Shown: piece by piece, positions 1 to 14,867 of the stretch
How positions within the stretch are numbered: the first letter of the stretch is position 1
Layout of the letters: each line of letters opens with the position of its first letter
Source of the DNA: the human T2T-CHM13v2.0 reference genome, Homo sapiens
DNA length: 64,000 nucleotides
Reading direction: 5' to 3' (one strand)
Assembly: GCF_009914755.1 (NCBI RefSeq)
Contig: NC_060942.1
Made by a program: the position numbers and the translations under genes
Notes under the pieces: generated by a model
Database searches by the model: none
What the model was told of the DNA's origin: nothing
What the model saw: the letters and a program-made list of their open reading frames with translations, nothing else

Positions 1-2539
1 ACGACACAGTTTCTTAAAGGATCTGCATCTAGGCTCAAGGAGGACATCTGTGGGGTGCGGGGAGGTGCTGCCCTCACTTCCAGGGCAGCCAATCAAAGCA
101 ACTACCTCCCTGAAAGCAAATCTACAGGCGAGCCTCTCCTCACTCTACGCCAATTTCTCTCCCTGCATCCTTTCAATGCTCTTGACATATGTTATTCCAA
201 GGGCAGACATTTTTATACAGCATGTGGGGGAAACCAATGGCGACTTGCCCAACAGCTGCCCCCAAGAGTCACAGTTTGGCAAGAGGCCACATGCCACTTG
301 TAGGCCATCCACAGTCACCAGAAGCCTCCTCAAGTATTAGCTGTTTGAGTTAGATGATGACAACAGGAAGGGGGACAAACTGAAAAAGCCTATTGAATCA
401 AGAGCCTCAATGGAGTTATACTAAACAATTAACATTTACACAACACTTGCTATGTACGAAGGATGGTGCCAGGTTGCCATGCTGGGATGGGACAAGCTGG
501 GATGAAGCAAGTTCCCATAAGAGAACTTCAAAATAAGCACAGGGGCACGGCCCTTCCATCCAGGTTGCTGAGGTGTTCATGCAGCAGGGAAGAAGGCATA
601 GGAGGGGTCTTTCATCATTAAATCACTTGCCAGCCCGTCCCACTCTTTGGGAGGTTCCACATTTCATGTTGGGTGTTTCTTTAAAATATTGAATTTCATC
701 ATTAAGCCAAAATATGACTAGGAGGTGGAATCTAAAAATATATATATTTTCATGCCGCTAGTAGCAAGCTAAACTTGGAATAAAGTTATGAGTCACCAGA
801 GACTCAAACACACCTTCCAAGAAAGCATCTGCTCTGTTTTCTCAGGTGACTTCACCAGCTTTCCCTTCCTCCTCCTTCACCTCTCCTAAGGTTGACAAAG
901 CCTGGATTTAGGTCAACCTCTTCAGTGGGTCCTTCTGTTGTGGCCAGCAGCCCTCAGAATGAATTATCTCCTAAAGTCACCAGAGGATTGGCTGACCAAA
1001 GATGACCTGTTCCCAGAGCCAAAAGGACCCTCCAAGCCCATGCTCCCAATGGGAGGCTGCCCAACCCTTAGGAAAACAAAGACCTACTATTTTTAAATAA
1101 CCAGCTAACAGCCAACAAAAGCTAACTGAGGGCTCGGGATTCTTTCAGCTGATTCATACACTCTACACACAGGTGATTCATCCACCAGCTACTGTAAAGG
1201 TGGTGGGAAAAGGGAGGAAAACACTATGAGAGAGAAACATCTTCATTGTGAAGGTACACAATCCCTGCACTGTAATACAATTTAAAAGCTCTCTCCCAAA
1301 TAAAGGGTTGCCATACTTTGGGGCTGATTTCAGTGTTTTGTGTTTGGTTTTGGTCATAGTAAATAAATCAGGTGTCCTGGGACAAAAAGGCTTATATGGG
1401 GACAAAAGTATTATTTCTGGGAAAATTTTTTCAGTCCAAGTAACATTTAACATTCAACATTCTGATTCACACATGCAACCTTTTCTATTCCACCCCTCTG
1501 CTCTGTAATCTTTGTTAAAAAAAAAAATAAAGCCCACAATTGAGGAATTCACAATTGTATACAAAAAGACAACTGTGGATGGGGAGAAGGGTTTGAGGCT
1601 AGCCTGATGGTCTTTCTTGCCTCATCAATTCATATTCCACACTTCCCAAATTCTTGGTTATGGAACCTGAAATTTTACCAAGAAGTAATTTGTTTGGTTT
1701 AACAAAATTCTTTTCTAAAAGTGAAAATACACCTATAAAAGAAATATGATATATTAGTATTTATACCCATAAAAGTCAGTTCAGTGCCATCTGCAGAAAA
1801 ACAGTTGAGATTGGCAGCTAAGAGGAAATGTCTTTTTATCATAGATTAAGGTAGCCTCAAGTGTGATGGGGCTTAAGGCCCACAATGGTACCAAGGGCTG
1901 GAGGAGAGTTGGAGAGAGGGTTAAATATAACAGGAGGCAGGCAAAGTGCCAGACATAAGTCCTCACTAAACCATGGACCAAATCCTATTCCCTGTGGTTA
2001 CTGGATTCCAGGATCCAGGCCTCAGCCTTATACTATGAATATTATAAGCTCAAGTGTGTTATGGACCAACAGGTTGACCTGGAAACAGTGACCTGCAAAA
2101 AGATTGTTTCTAGTGAAAAAACACATCTTAAAACTCCAAATATGTGAACAGAGAAAAATTTAGAAGGATATTCCATGTTATTAGGAGCTATCAACATGCA
2201 GAAGTCATTGTTTAAAACCAATTCAGGTCTAGAACCTAAGTGTTTCCTCTGCTTAAAGCAAAGGCTATCTGCGGATTGATAAAATATACCAATGTCATCA
2301 ACATACTGTGAGACCCAATCCTTCCTACCTCAAGGGAATGTGCAGCCTAATACTAACTGTAGGATTGGGACCTCAATTCTATTCATGGATATCCCTTCCA
2401 ACTTCTGTCCCTCCTAGGAGCTAAGACCATTAGACAACGCATGCTTATTTTACTTCAGTTAAAAAATGAATGGTACCACCTTAATACAAGGGAAAGACTT
2501 GCAAATTTGAGGAAGAAAACAGCCAGTTTAGGCAAAGAA

Positions 2540-3305
2540 CTGTTTTTACTCACAACACTTCTGACACCAGATATGTGGACTTCTAACACCAGATATGTGG
2601 GCTTCTTCCACCCAAGAACCAATTCTCCAGACATCAACTGGGTGTTCCTCCTAAAATTCAATTCTAACACTAACCACCTGGAGACCCCACAGATTAAGAG
2701 CCCAGTTCCACAAGATCATACCCACTGCCAGTGCCAAGTCTAAGGTTCCCACCTGTATTCCGGGAGTTCCCATGACCCTTTTCTTCAGGCTCAGTAATTT
2801 ACCAGAACAGCTTGTAGAGCTTAGGTAAGTGCTTTACTTACTACTATCAGTTTATCATAAAGAACATAATTCAGGAACAGCCAAATAGAAGAGGTGCATC
2901 AGGCAAGGTATGGGGGAAGGCACACAGTCTCTGTGAGCTCTCTGGGTGTACCACCCTCCCAGCACCTCAATGTGTTTACCAACCTGGAAGCTTGCCAAAC
3001 CCCACCATTTAGAGTTTTTTAAAGTTTCATGACATGGGCATGACAGATTAGCCATTGATGATTGACTCAATCTCCAGCCCCTTTCCTCTCCCAGAGGTCA
3101 AGCAGTGGGACAATTCCAACCCTCTAATCATGCCTTGGTCTCTCCGACATTCAGCCCGAATCCTGAAACTATTGTAATACCTAGGGGCCACCAGCCATCT
3201 CAGTAGCATACAAAAGACACTTTTATCACTCCAGAGATTCCCAGGGTTTTAGGAGCTGTGTGCCAAGAACTGAGGACAAAGACCCAAATATACACATTTG
3301 TCACA
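2540..3305 (-). mobile_element. MER21-family solo LTR
   Basis: Matches recalled reverse-complement MER21 blocks (cacaacacttctgacacc; aattcaattctaacacta; tcaggaacagccaaatagaagaggtgcat). Ends in tcaca, i.e. TG on the minus strand. Confidence 0.7.
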
Positions 3306-3694
3306 GGCATGCATGCTGCATGTGACATGTGGGCATCACAGCACTGAGCACACAAAGGCAAGCCAGAATTAAATCCTTGGTCAGGAGCAGTTAACTTTAA
3401 TTCAGAGCCTCAGAGGGTTTCCCCTCATCTGTTCAACCATTCTGCAACTACATGAGCTCAGTTACAAGGTGGATCACCAAGGCCACCTACAGCTGGAGTT
3501 GGGAGGAGGTAAAACCTCTAGTGGGTGTCACCAACCTGATACCCAAGATAACCAGGGATCTCAAACTCATTCACCCCCAGGCATGCCATCCCAGTCCACC
3601 CCAAGGAAGGTTTGCAGTTAAATGCAAATTACAGAAGATTACATCATCATTCACCCAAACTGCCACAGAAGTTTCATAGTAAGACCCTAGCGTC

Positions 3695-3855
3695 AGAATG
3701 GTACTACTGCCACTTAATAGCTATGTGACTCAGGCAAGTCATATCATCTCCCTGTGCCTCAGTTTATCATGGAACCTCTTCTAAAAGGTATATGAGAGAA
3801 TTCCATGGCGTAATAACGTTTTCAGAACAATATCTGGCACCTAGTTGCTAACATT
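3695..3855 (+). mobile_element. MIR SINE fragment
   Basis: MIR core: tgccacttaatagctatgtgactcaggcaagtca...ctgtgcctcagttt. Confidence 0.7.
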
Positions 3856-4315
3856 TAGCAGCACATGTTGCCAATTAGGGTTTCAATTTTCCATCTGCAA
3901 AATGAAAAGAAGACTCTGTGCTCCTTTAACCCTTTATTCAGGATGAATCGAGTATTAATTTTGACCCAGAATTCATTCGTCCTCCCTTAGCTTTCTCTTT
4001 CTGGGTTATACTCAGTTTTGTTTTTCTAAAACTCTGCTTTAACCATTTTTACTACTCTCTCTAGAGTTAGAGAGGAACTGCCTACTTAATTTTCAAATCC
4101 CTTCTTCTGAATCTCTGGCACAAAAATGGTTATCCAGTTTGGGCCTCAATACTCTCAGGGCAGGAAAACTCATCGCTGAGGCATCAATTGTTTACCTTAC
4201 TGAAGGCCTGCAAAGTTCTTTATGTTTCTCCTGCCTTCTGGGAACTTTCAAACCAAATCTATATGGCCAAATCTCGACATTTGCTCTGATGGTAGTGACA
4301 ACAATTTGTTTCTAG

Positions 4316-5819
<1,504 letters not shown>

Positions 5820-5849
5820 GATTTTAATTTTAAAATATGGCAGACTTTT

Positions 5850-6270
5850 TGAAGTACAGAGTTAAAGCAGACATCCATATCCTCAACACCCTGTTTAACG
5901 GATTTATGGCCTATTTCTACTCACTCCAGATTTTTAAAAATAAACTTATTACTGTTGAGAGTTCCTTCCCTCTTCCGTTGCCTTTTCTCTTTCCCAAAAG
6001 ACAGCCATTATCTTGACAGTGGAGTGATTCCCTCATATCTATGTCTGTGTACCATGACTAGATACACCTGTAAATATGTAATATTGTTTGGTTGTATACT
6101 TAAGAAAAATGGTAGCATATACTACGTATTCTACATTTGTTTCCACTCACCATCGATTTTTTCCTTATTAATACACATAGATCTGGCTTACTCATTTCAG
6201 TATTCCATTGTGGTGTGTGCACGTGTGTGTATCACAATTGACATATCTAGCACCCACTGGTGGACCTTGA
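5850..6270 (-). mobile_element. Old L1 (L1ME-like) 3' fragment
   Basis: Degenerate reverse L1M 3' motifs (aaatggtagcatatactacgtattct; agtattccattgtg). Confidence 0.5.
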
Positions 6271-6279
6271 CAAGTGTTC

Positions 6280-6560
6280 TTTACTCACTGATTCAAATAT
6301 TGCTCAGAACCTATTATGTGTACCATACACTGTGCAGGCACTGGAGACACGGAGAAATTATATAACCCTTGCATTTGGAACCAAAGATAATTTCCACATT
6401 TGTGGAAATGCCAAGGCTGGGGCATTCCACTGACTATGCCAGCAGTCGGTTGGATCTTCATGTCTGGAGCTCAGAAGAGAGTAAAGACTTAAGAAATAGG
6501 CTTAGAAGTCTTCTGCTTACAGGCGGAGGGTGATGCCAGTAGAGGAGATGAGCAGGCCAC
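6280..6560 (-). mobile_element. L2 fragments
   Basis: Reverse L2 3' end (caaatattgctcagaacctattatgtgtacca...gcactggagacac) and body (gtctggagctcagaagagag). Confidence 0.6.
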
Positions 6561-7022
6561 AGGAACACACACAACTGGTCAACTCACAGAAATGCAAAAG
6601 ACTAACTGTTCTTGTGCCACTACATATAGTGGAGTGGTCTGTATACAGCAACATAGAACCAAAAAGGATACCACTCCACCAATATCCCCAAATCGGACTG
6701 ACTGGGAATAGTAAACCTCTACAGTAAATTGTGAAAGAGACTCACAATAATAGCACACCTGAAACTGCTAAGTGAGTCTCACAGCTGTGAACAAGGTAAC
6801 CACCATGCCATGGACACTCCTCAATACCAGAACATGCAGCCATGGACATGTCCTATTTCAGCTCTCTCTCAGTATTCTGCAAGATACTTCCTTAAAGCCA
6901 CAGCCAGGTAGGACTTCGATGTTTGCCAAGTGTCTCTAAAGATTGCCTGTTTACTCCTCCATCTGCTCTGAGGATTCTACCCTGGATAAAACATCTTAGA
7001 GACTGTTAAAAAGCAGAGTGTT

Positions 7023-7383
<361 letters not shown>

Positions 7384-7559
7384 TCATCTATGCAGACATC
7401 AGTAAAAACCTCTAAATAAACATGCAGAGGTAGCAACAAGAGGCCCAGGTGTCTCCTAGGTAGGGCTGTGTCATGAAGCCCAGAGCGTTCACTGGAGGTT
7501 GCCAGTTTTGATTGATGAGGCACCCTTCCCAAAGAGCTCAGGTCTCCAAGGTGATGCTA

Positions 7560-8070
7560 GGTGCAGGAAAACCAAGATGAGAAAGGCCTGGGGACTCAGC
7601 CCTCATGCTAACGGGGAAGCACAGTAACTAACAGTGTGAGGAAGAGAGTATTAAGAGCCACAAGAGCAGCAGGGGTTGGGTACCACAGAAACTCTGAGAT
7701 GGCAGAGATTCTTTTGGCTGGAAGGTTAGAAAAGGTTTAGTGGAAGCAGGGACTTTGAGCAAAGCTTTGAAGGATGTAGAAGATTTGAAGATGCAGAGAC
7801 AGAATTCATAGACCAGGGAAAGAAGCCAGCACCTGTGACACACAGCGGCAGGACCGGTGTGGGGTGACCTGCTGTTGGCTGTGGGTTTGGTGTCCAAAGG
7901 AGGGTAGAAGGAAATAAACGTGGCAAGTCAGGATTATAGGTGGACCATGGAGGACCCCAAACACCCTGCTTGCAGAGAGGACTTCATGCTGTAAGCTACT
8001 GGAGGCTACTGAAAGTTTCCGAAACAGACAAAGGTGAGATTGGAACTGAGCCTCAGGAAACTCCACATGA
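7560..8070 (-). mobile_element. Degenerate L2
   Basis: Purine-rich reverse L2-like segments (gctttgaaggatgtagaagattt; ggaggctactgaaagttt). Confidence 0.4.
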
Positions 8071-8831
8071 CAGGCATGTATAGGAACACCTACCACACAC
8101 AGGAAAAATAGGTGATGTGCTATTGATTTATTACCACCCTAGACACAGCTTAAATACAAGTGCAGCACTGGTAAAACCACCAATGTGAAATATTTCTCAG
8201 GTGACTTTAAAATCTTTAAAACAATAATTGTGTTCCTCTTCATTTAACTCCAGGTTTGTTAGGAATAAAATTGAAGGAGCAATATTTTTAAAGTCTATAT
8301 TTTGACATATCCTTTTGCACAACCCATAGCCTCACCCTCTTTCAAGGACTAGCTCAAGCCTGCACTTTCAGAAATTATCAATTTTCACTAATTGTCTAGA
8401 TTATGTATAAGCACATGGCCATTTAAAATGTATGCATTCACACATGTATAATTTATATCCTCCATCTTCCAAAAGTGATTTATAGCATAGCAATTCATTT
8501 CATACTGTCTTTTCCAGTCATTGTTTTGCATATCTATCTTATCTATCCATCAACACACTTCTTTTGAAGAAAGCCTGCATATTACACCTTTTTGGTTCTT
8601 CCAAAAGACTTGGCCCAACAGAAGGCATATGTTAGTGCTTGACAGATCTTTGTTAGCTGATGTTTTTTGCTCCTAGACTTGTGAATATCATCTAAGGGGA
8701 GAAAAGTCTCCCTAAAATGCTCATTTTTTCCTGGTCAGTAACCTGGCAAAAGTAACCTTCTGGAAAGCAAGTCAGTTTCCTTTAAGTACCATTTTTTAAA
8801 AGTTTATCTGGAGCTCAAGTTATAGGAACCT

Positions 8832-9129
<298 letters not shown>

Positions 9130-9189
9130 TTATAGGAACCTTTTATCAAGGGTGAGAGACACAAAAAGCAAACCAAAGATTCCCTCTGA

Positions 9190-10090
9190 AGCCAAGTGCA
9201 GTGGCTCATGCCTGTAATCTCAGCACACTGAGAGGCCAAAGTGAGAGATTTGCTTGAGCCCAAGAGTTTGAGACCAGCCTGAGCAATAAAGTGAGACCTC
9301 ATCTCTACCAAAAAAAAAAAAAAAATCAAAAAATTAGCCAGGTGTGGTGGTACCTGCCTGTGTCCCAGTGTCGTAGGAGTTATTAATTAATTATTTTAGG
9401 CAGATGGAAAGGAAAAGAGGTCCTTGGGAAGTTTCTGTTTTTAACGCTGCTCTGCAAACACAAACGTTTCTTGTAAAGTCCTGGCCCTTAGAGCCAGGTC
9501 GGCAACCTTTGATACCCACCCAACAAGGCGATTCCCTGGGCCTTTGTGCCCTTGCCCCATGTATTCCTGGCAACATGGCCACCCCCGCATAACCCCACAT
9601 GTGTAGAACATCATGGCACCCTGCATTTGCATATTAAAAGGCTAGGGTGGGAGGGCCACCTTTTTCGAAGGCTACATGAATGACATACCTGGTCAAACCA
9701 ATCCCCTGAGACCTATGCAAATCAAACACCACCTCCTCCAGCCTCTCTCTATATATCTGGCTGGTTTCCGCCCCAACTGGGGTTCCCTCTCTCGGCTTTG
9801 GAGCCCCACTCCCTTTGTCTCTGTACGAGGGAGCTTCCTCCTTGCCTATTAAATTATCCACTCCTTAAAACTACTCCACATAAGTCCATGTTGTTTTATC
9901 TAAACCAGCATGAGGACAAAGAACCCTGGTGTTCCTCCACTCCAGGAGGAATCAAATCACCATCTACAGGGGAAGCTGAGGCAGGAGGATCATTTGAGCC
10001 CAGGAGGTTGAGGTTGCAGTGAACCAAGATCATGCCACCACACTCCAGCCTAGGTTACAGAGCAAGACCCTCAAAAAAAAAAAAAAAAAA
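9190..10090 (+). mobile_element. AluJ split by an LTR (pieces 9190-9368 and 9960-10090)
   Basis: Alu breaks at gtcccag|ctac. Outer TSD attccctctga at 9179-9189 and 10091-10101. J-type ggaggatcatttgagcccagg. Confidence 0.93.
9369..9959 (+). mobile_element. ERV1 solo LTR (LTR9-family)
   Basis: TG...CA ends, 4-bp TSD ccag/ccat, start tgtcgtaggagttatta...attattttaggcagat resembling recalled LTR9. Confidence 0.8.
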
Positions 10091-11214
10091 ATTCCCTCTG
10101 AGGGAAATTAACAAATTATGTCCATGTAAGACACACTTTGTGTCTGCTCATAAAAATGCAACCATTGCTGACAGGGACTCCAGGAAATGACAGCCATAGA
10201 ATATTAGGTAGTATCCCTCCTTGAGTTGTCACCACACTCATCAACTAACACCCATGTGCTCCACAGTCAGAATTTACACTCAACTGGGAAACCACCGCCA
10301 AAATCAAACCACCTCGCCTTTCTGCTCCTATTTCTACTGTGGCTGTCTCTACCCTTTTTAGGCTTCTTGGGGATTTTCTGTAAGCCAAGGTTTACAAAAT
10401 GTGGTTTTAAAAATCAAAGCAGAAGAGTTCCCTAGCACTTTTGTACCAAAGTCTGCCTACAACTGACCTGCTCTGCGTTATAATGCAGCACAGGGGAGCT
10501 GCTGCCCCTTGGATCCATCCAGAAAGAGCCTCATTGTATCACCACTTTCCCTACAACAGCATCCCCCATCCTCCTATAGCATTAAGTGAGGGCTTCCTGT
10601 TCAAACAAGCTGTGTTCAAAGTTCTGGGTCTGGAATTCAGAATTCACTTTTTCAGCAGAAACAATTCTAGCCATGCTAGGTTCCCAGGACAGCCTGCACA
10701 GCCTGTATTCCTAAAATATAGTGACATGTTTCTATGAAGAAGTTCATTTTAAGTTGCTTACCGGCAGGTATGTGCCTGGGTGTCCAGGTACCACCAGCAT
10801 GAGAGAATTCCCCCAGTTAGTGGAGGCCCCACCTGAAGACAGGGAAGGGCAACAGCCCCACCTGTGCATATAGATGCATTGCAGCCACTTGCCACCAGGT
10901 CAAAGGAGACTAAAACAAAGTCCTCTACTATCATTCAGACGCACTGGAAGTTTATAAAGGGAGTGGAGGCCCATCTCATAGCAGCTTTGATCAACTACTG
11001 CGTATTTACTAACATCAATGCTATGCATTCCCCTCCAATACCCAGACTGACAGAAGCTTTCTCCTCTCAAGTTCTTTGGCACTGTATCTGCAAAGTCTCT
11101 GAGAGCATTTATAAATTTTACTCGTATTCAAGCTTATTTGCATACCCATCCTTGCATTCTTGGAAATTTAATCACCTATTATTACTATGTATAGATGGCA
11201 CTTCATAGTAATTA

Positions 11215-11365
11215 ACATACACAATCTCATCCCCGAATCCTTACAACCATCCTATGGGGTAGGTATACTCAGAGAACCTAACGGATGTATGTACAACAAA
11301 AAGTAACTGGTAGCCCCGAAACTTCAACCCAAATCTGGCAACTGTCTGCCTTCTTCCCATTGCTG
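11215..11365 (-). mobile_element. MIR fragment
   Basis: aatccttacaaccatcctatggggtaggta...ttcaacccaaatctgg. Confidence 0.55.
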
Positions 11366-12916
11366 GAGGCTGTTTCTGTCTTTGTAGGAGTCTCACAGGG
11401 CACTAGGCAGCCATTTGTTTATCAACTGAGCCACCTGACACCACCACACCCTGTTACATGTATCTCAGCACCCCTGACTTCTGTTCAGTGTCTGCTTGCA
11501 GCTTCTACAGATTTAAATGCCTATTTGTAATATATAGGCTTGCACTGAAAATTTCCCAAAGTTTTCAATGCTAATATACTAAAAGGGAAAGAGGAGAAAT
11601 GGCACTAGAAAAGCCAAGGGTTTTGGCTAAGGGGATGACAATGCACTGGGACCATCCTCAAAAGTTTGTGAGAAACAGGGACAAATGTGATTAGTCAGGG
11701 CAGCCCCATTGTGAGCTTTCACTAGAATTATGGCCAAATCCTGTGCCAGTAGACTTGGGCTATTTCAGGGCTGTTACTTCATGAGATTCTAGCATCTGTT
11801 ATGCTTTTGCAGGTTTCTAATTTCAGCTTCAAAGACAGAGACCAGGAAATGAAGCAGACACATATAAGGGCCAGCAGAAACAAAGAAGAATCCAAATGAA
11901 TAACTGCCTGCCTTAAAGGGATTTCAAGTAAGAGGCTCAAAGATGGGAAGAAAAGATTAGAAGAGAAAAATGATAAGCCAAAAAACTGTAGTAGCAGATG
12001 CAGCCCCAAGCTGAAATTCAGAAGAATCACTAAACCAAGAAACAGTGATGGGAGCAGCATTAAAAGGAAGAATGGGTCTTGCATTTGAAAAGTGAGCACA
12101 GGGGATTACAAAAGGTTGAGGGACAGGCCCAAGGTCACATGGCATAATGGAGAAGGAAGATTATAGCCATCCTGCTGCTGCTGCTGCGTTCTAACACACC
12201 TCACTAAAGCAGGGTGTGTCTAAAGCCATCGACTTTGGTTAACAATCAGTTTTTTGTTTTTTGTTTTTTTTTAAACACAAGAGCACCCAGTCTGCTCAAA
12301 GAACTGTAAAAGGGTTATAAAGACCAGAAACCACGGGGGTTCCTGGAAGAGGTTGGTCAGCTGCTTGGCTAGACCATAACTTTCAGGCTTTTCAACAGGG
12401 TGATATTCAATTTCCTAAAAAGCTGCAATCATGAATGAATGCCAGTAACATACTAGTGCCCAAAATGGAACTGAAGGGGAAGAGGAAATGATATGGTAAT
12501 TAGTAGGAACAGAACACATTAAGTAGATACTCTAATATTGAATTATTGAATCATTGAATAAATGTCAAGAGTGTTAGACTCCAAAAATACTTTTTTCAAA
12601 AATTTAAAACCTTAAGCATGCTATAAAATTCAGAATACATAAAGGAAAATGACTGACAGATTTGACAGCATGCATTCTCTTTTAAAAGACTCCGCAAACA
12701 AAAGCAAATGGCAGAAGAAACCTTAACAAACATGCAGAGAAACTTTCAATATCTATTATTCTCAAAGCTATCAAATCAGTAAGAAACTATGAACAATTTG
12801 TAAATAGACTGAAAAAATACAAAGAGCCAATAAACATGAAAAGATGCTCAACTTCCCTCATGATTCAAGAAATGACCATTAAATGGTGAAATACTACTAA
12901 CCTATGAGCTTTGTGC

Positions 12917-12949
<33 letters not shown>

Positions 12950-12984
12950 ACACACACACACACAGAGAGGCACACACACACACA
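12917..12984. repeat. Interrupted (CA)n microsatellite
   Basis: Directly visible. Confidence 0.97.
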
Positions 12985-13230
12985 AAAGAATATTAGTAAT
13001 ACCAAGATAGGAAACTAAGCATGCTCATGTTGTTGACAAAACTGCAGAATGGATGAACCCTCGAGAGCAACTTGATCCAGTCATGCCAAGTCTAGAAGAC
13101 TCTCCTACAGTAACACTAGCTTGAGGATGGGAAGAGTAAATAATATGGATGTTAACTGTAGTGTTGTTACAAGGGCAAAAATTGAAAATTGCCTCATGTT
13201 CAGTGGGATGTTAACAAATCATCATGCAGT

Positions 13231-13878
13231 TGTTGGAGGCGTTTAAACCAGAGCAACTCCATCTGGAAGAGGGGCTGGGTAAAATGAGGCTGAGACCTGC
13301 TGGGCTGCATTCCCAGGAAGTTAGGCATCCAAGTCACAGGATGAGATAGGAGGTCAGCACCAGATACAGGTCACAAAGACCTTGCTGATAAAGCAGCTTG
13401 TGGTAAAGAAGCCAGCCAAAACCCACCAAAAACAAGATGGAAATTAAAGTGACCTCTGGTCGTCCTCAGCGCTCATTAAACACTAATTATACTGCGTTAA
13501 TATGCTAAAAAAAAAAGAAAAAAGAAAAAGAAAGACACTCCCACCAGTGCCATGACAATTTACAAATGCCATGGCAACTTCAGGGAGTTACCCTATATGG
13601 TCTAAAAAGGGGATGAACCCTCTGGTTCTGGGAATTGCCCACCCCTTTCCCGGAAAACTCATGAATAATCCACCCCTTGTTTAGCATGTAATCAAGAAAT
13701 AACCATAAAAATGGCCAACCAGCAGCCCTTGGGGCTTCTCTGCCTTCCGAGTAACCACTCTTAATTCATTTACTTTAATAAACTTCCTTTCATTTTACTC
13801 TAGATTCGCCTCGAATTCTTTGTGTGAGATCCAAGAACCTTCTCTTGGGGTCTGTATCAGGACCCCTTTCCAGTAAAA
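13231..13878 (+). mobile_element. MER41B solo LTR (ERV1)
   Basis: Start tgttggaggcgtttaaaccagagcaactccatct, end ggacccctttccagtaa; TSD cagt at 13227-13230 and 13879-13882. Confidence 0.92.
13626..13655. promoter_or_regulatory. Tandem GAS (STAT1) motifs in MER41B
   Basis: TTCTGGGAA at 13626-13634 and TTCCCGGAA at 13647-13655; function not demonstrated. Confidence 0.65.
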
Positions 13879-14576
13879 CAGTCTTCCATGGGAATCCTGT
13901 AGCCACTAATATGTAGTAGACTAACGGGTTGATTTGGAAAGATAATCATGGTATATTAACCAAAAAGCACAAGTTACAAAATGTTATAGTATAATCCTTG
14001 TGTTTAAAAAACAATCTATGGATACACTGTTTAAGTAAGCAAAAGGCTGTACTAGACAGGTTCACATCAAAATTGAGCAGTGTAACTCTGAGCAGGTGGG
14101 CTTAGAAACAGGGAGGGGAAAATGTGGTTTAAAAAAAAATGCTAGAATTATGGACGACACTTCTTTTTGGTGTTCTCCCAGTTTTCTTAAGTACTGAGTT
14201 TTTTTTTGTAGTTGGAAAGAATTTAAAACCTCAAGATTTCATAATGAAACACAGAAAGGAGTAGTTCATTCTCAAAGAGAAGAAATAAGCCATCGAGGAG
14301 AAAAATGCAGAAAATGCAGAAATGACCCTTGAGCTACACTGCTGCCCCATGGGAACATTTACCAAACAAGGGAAAAAACCTATATGGAGACCAGTGTTGC
14401 TTTTATCAAAGACAACAGAGATTTGGGTAACTCTGGTGTTTGTAGATCTCCTCATCCATAAACCTGGTACATAACACACTGATGTGGTCCTGACTCTTTG
14501 TGTAGCCATTAGGCCACTAAAAACTGAAACCAGGATCTATTGCCTATGGACTTGCTCAGTAATATAAACCTGTACA

Positions 14577-14867
14577 TTTTTTTTTAAAACAGTCTCGCTC
14601 TGTCACTCAGCCTTGAGTGCAGTGATGTGATCTTAGCTCACTGCAACCTCCACTTCCTAGGCTCAAGTGATTGTCATGCCTCAGCCTCCTGAGTAGCTGG
14701 CACTACAGGCGTGCACCACTGCATCTGGCTAATTTTTTTGTATTTTTAGTAGAGACAAGGTTTTGCCATGTTGGCCAGGCTGGTCTCGAACTCCTGGCCT
14801 CAAGTAATCCACTGACCTCAACCCCACAAAGTGCTGGGATTACAGGTGTGAGCCACCACAACTGGCC
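14577..14867 (-). mobile_element. Alu (AluJb/Sz-like)
   Basis: Reverse-complement dimeric Alu with short poly-T. Confidence 0.95.

Larger units (their letters stand above)
12580..14130 (+). mobile_element. Old L1 (L1ME-like) 3' region interrupted by (CA)n and MER41B
   Basis: taaacatgaaaagatgctcaacttccctcatgattcaagaaatg; L1-like sequence resumes after the LTR (aagttacaaaatgttatagtataatcc). Confidence 0.65.

Noticed and set aside
6830-6853. p53-like site (GAACATGCAG ccat GGACATGTCC)
   Set aside because: Only one perfect half-site, with a 4-bp spacer; weak.
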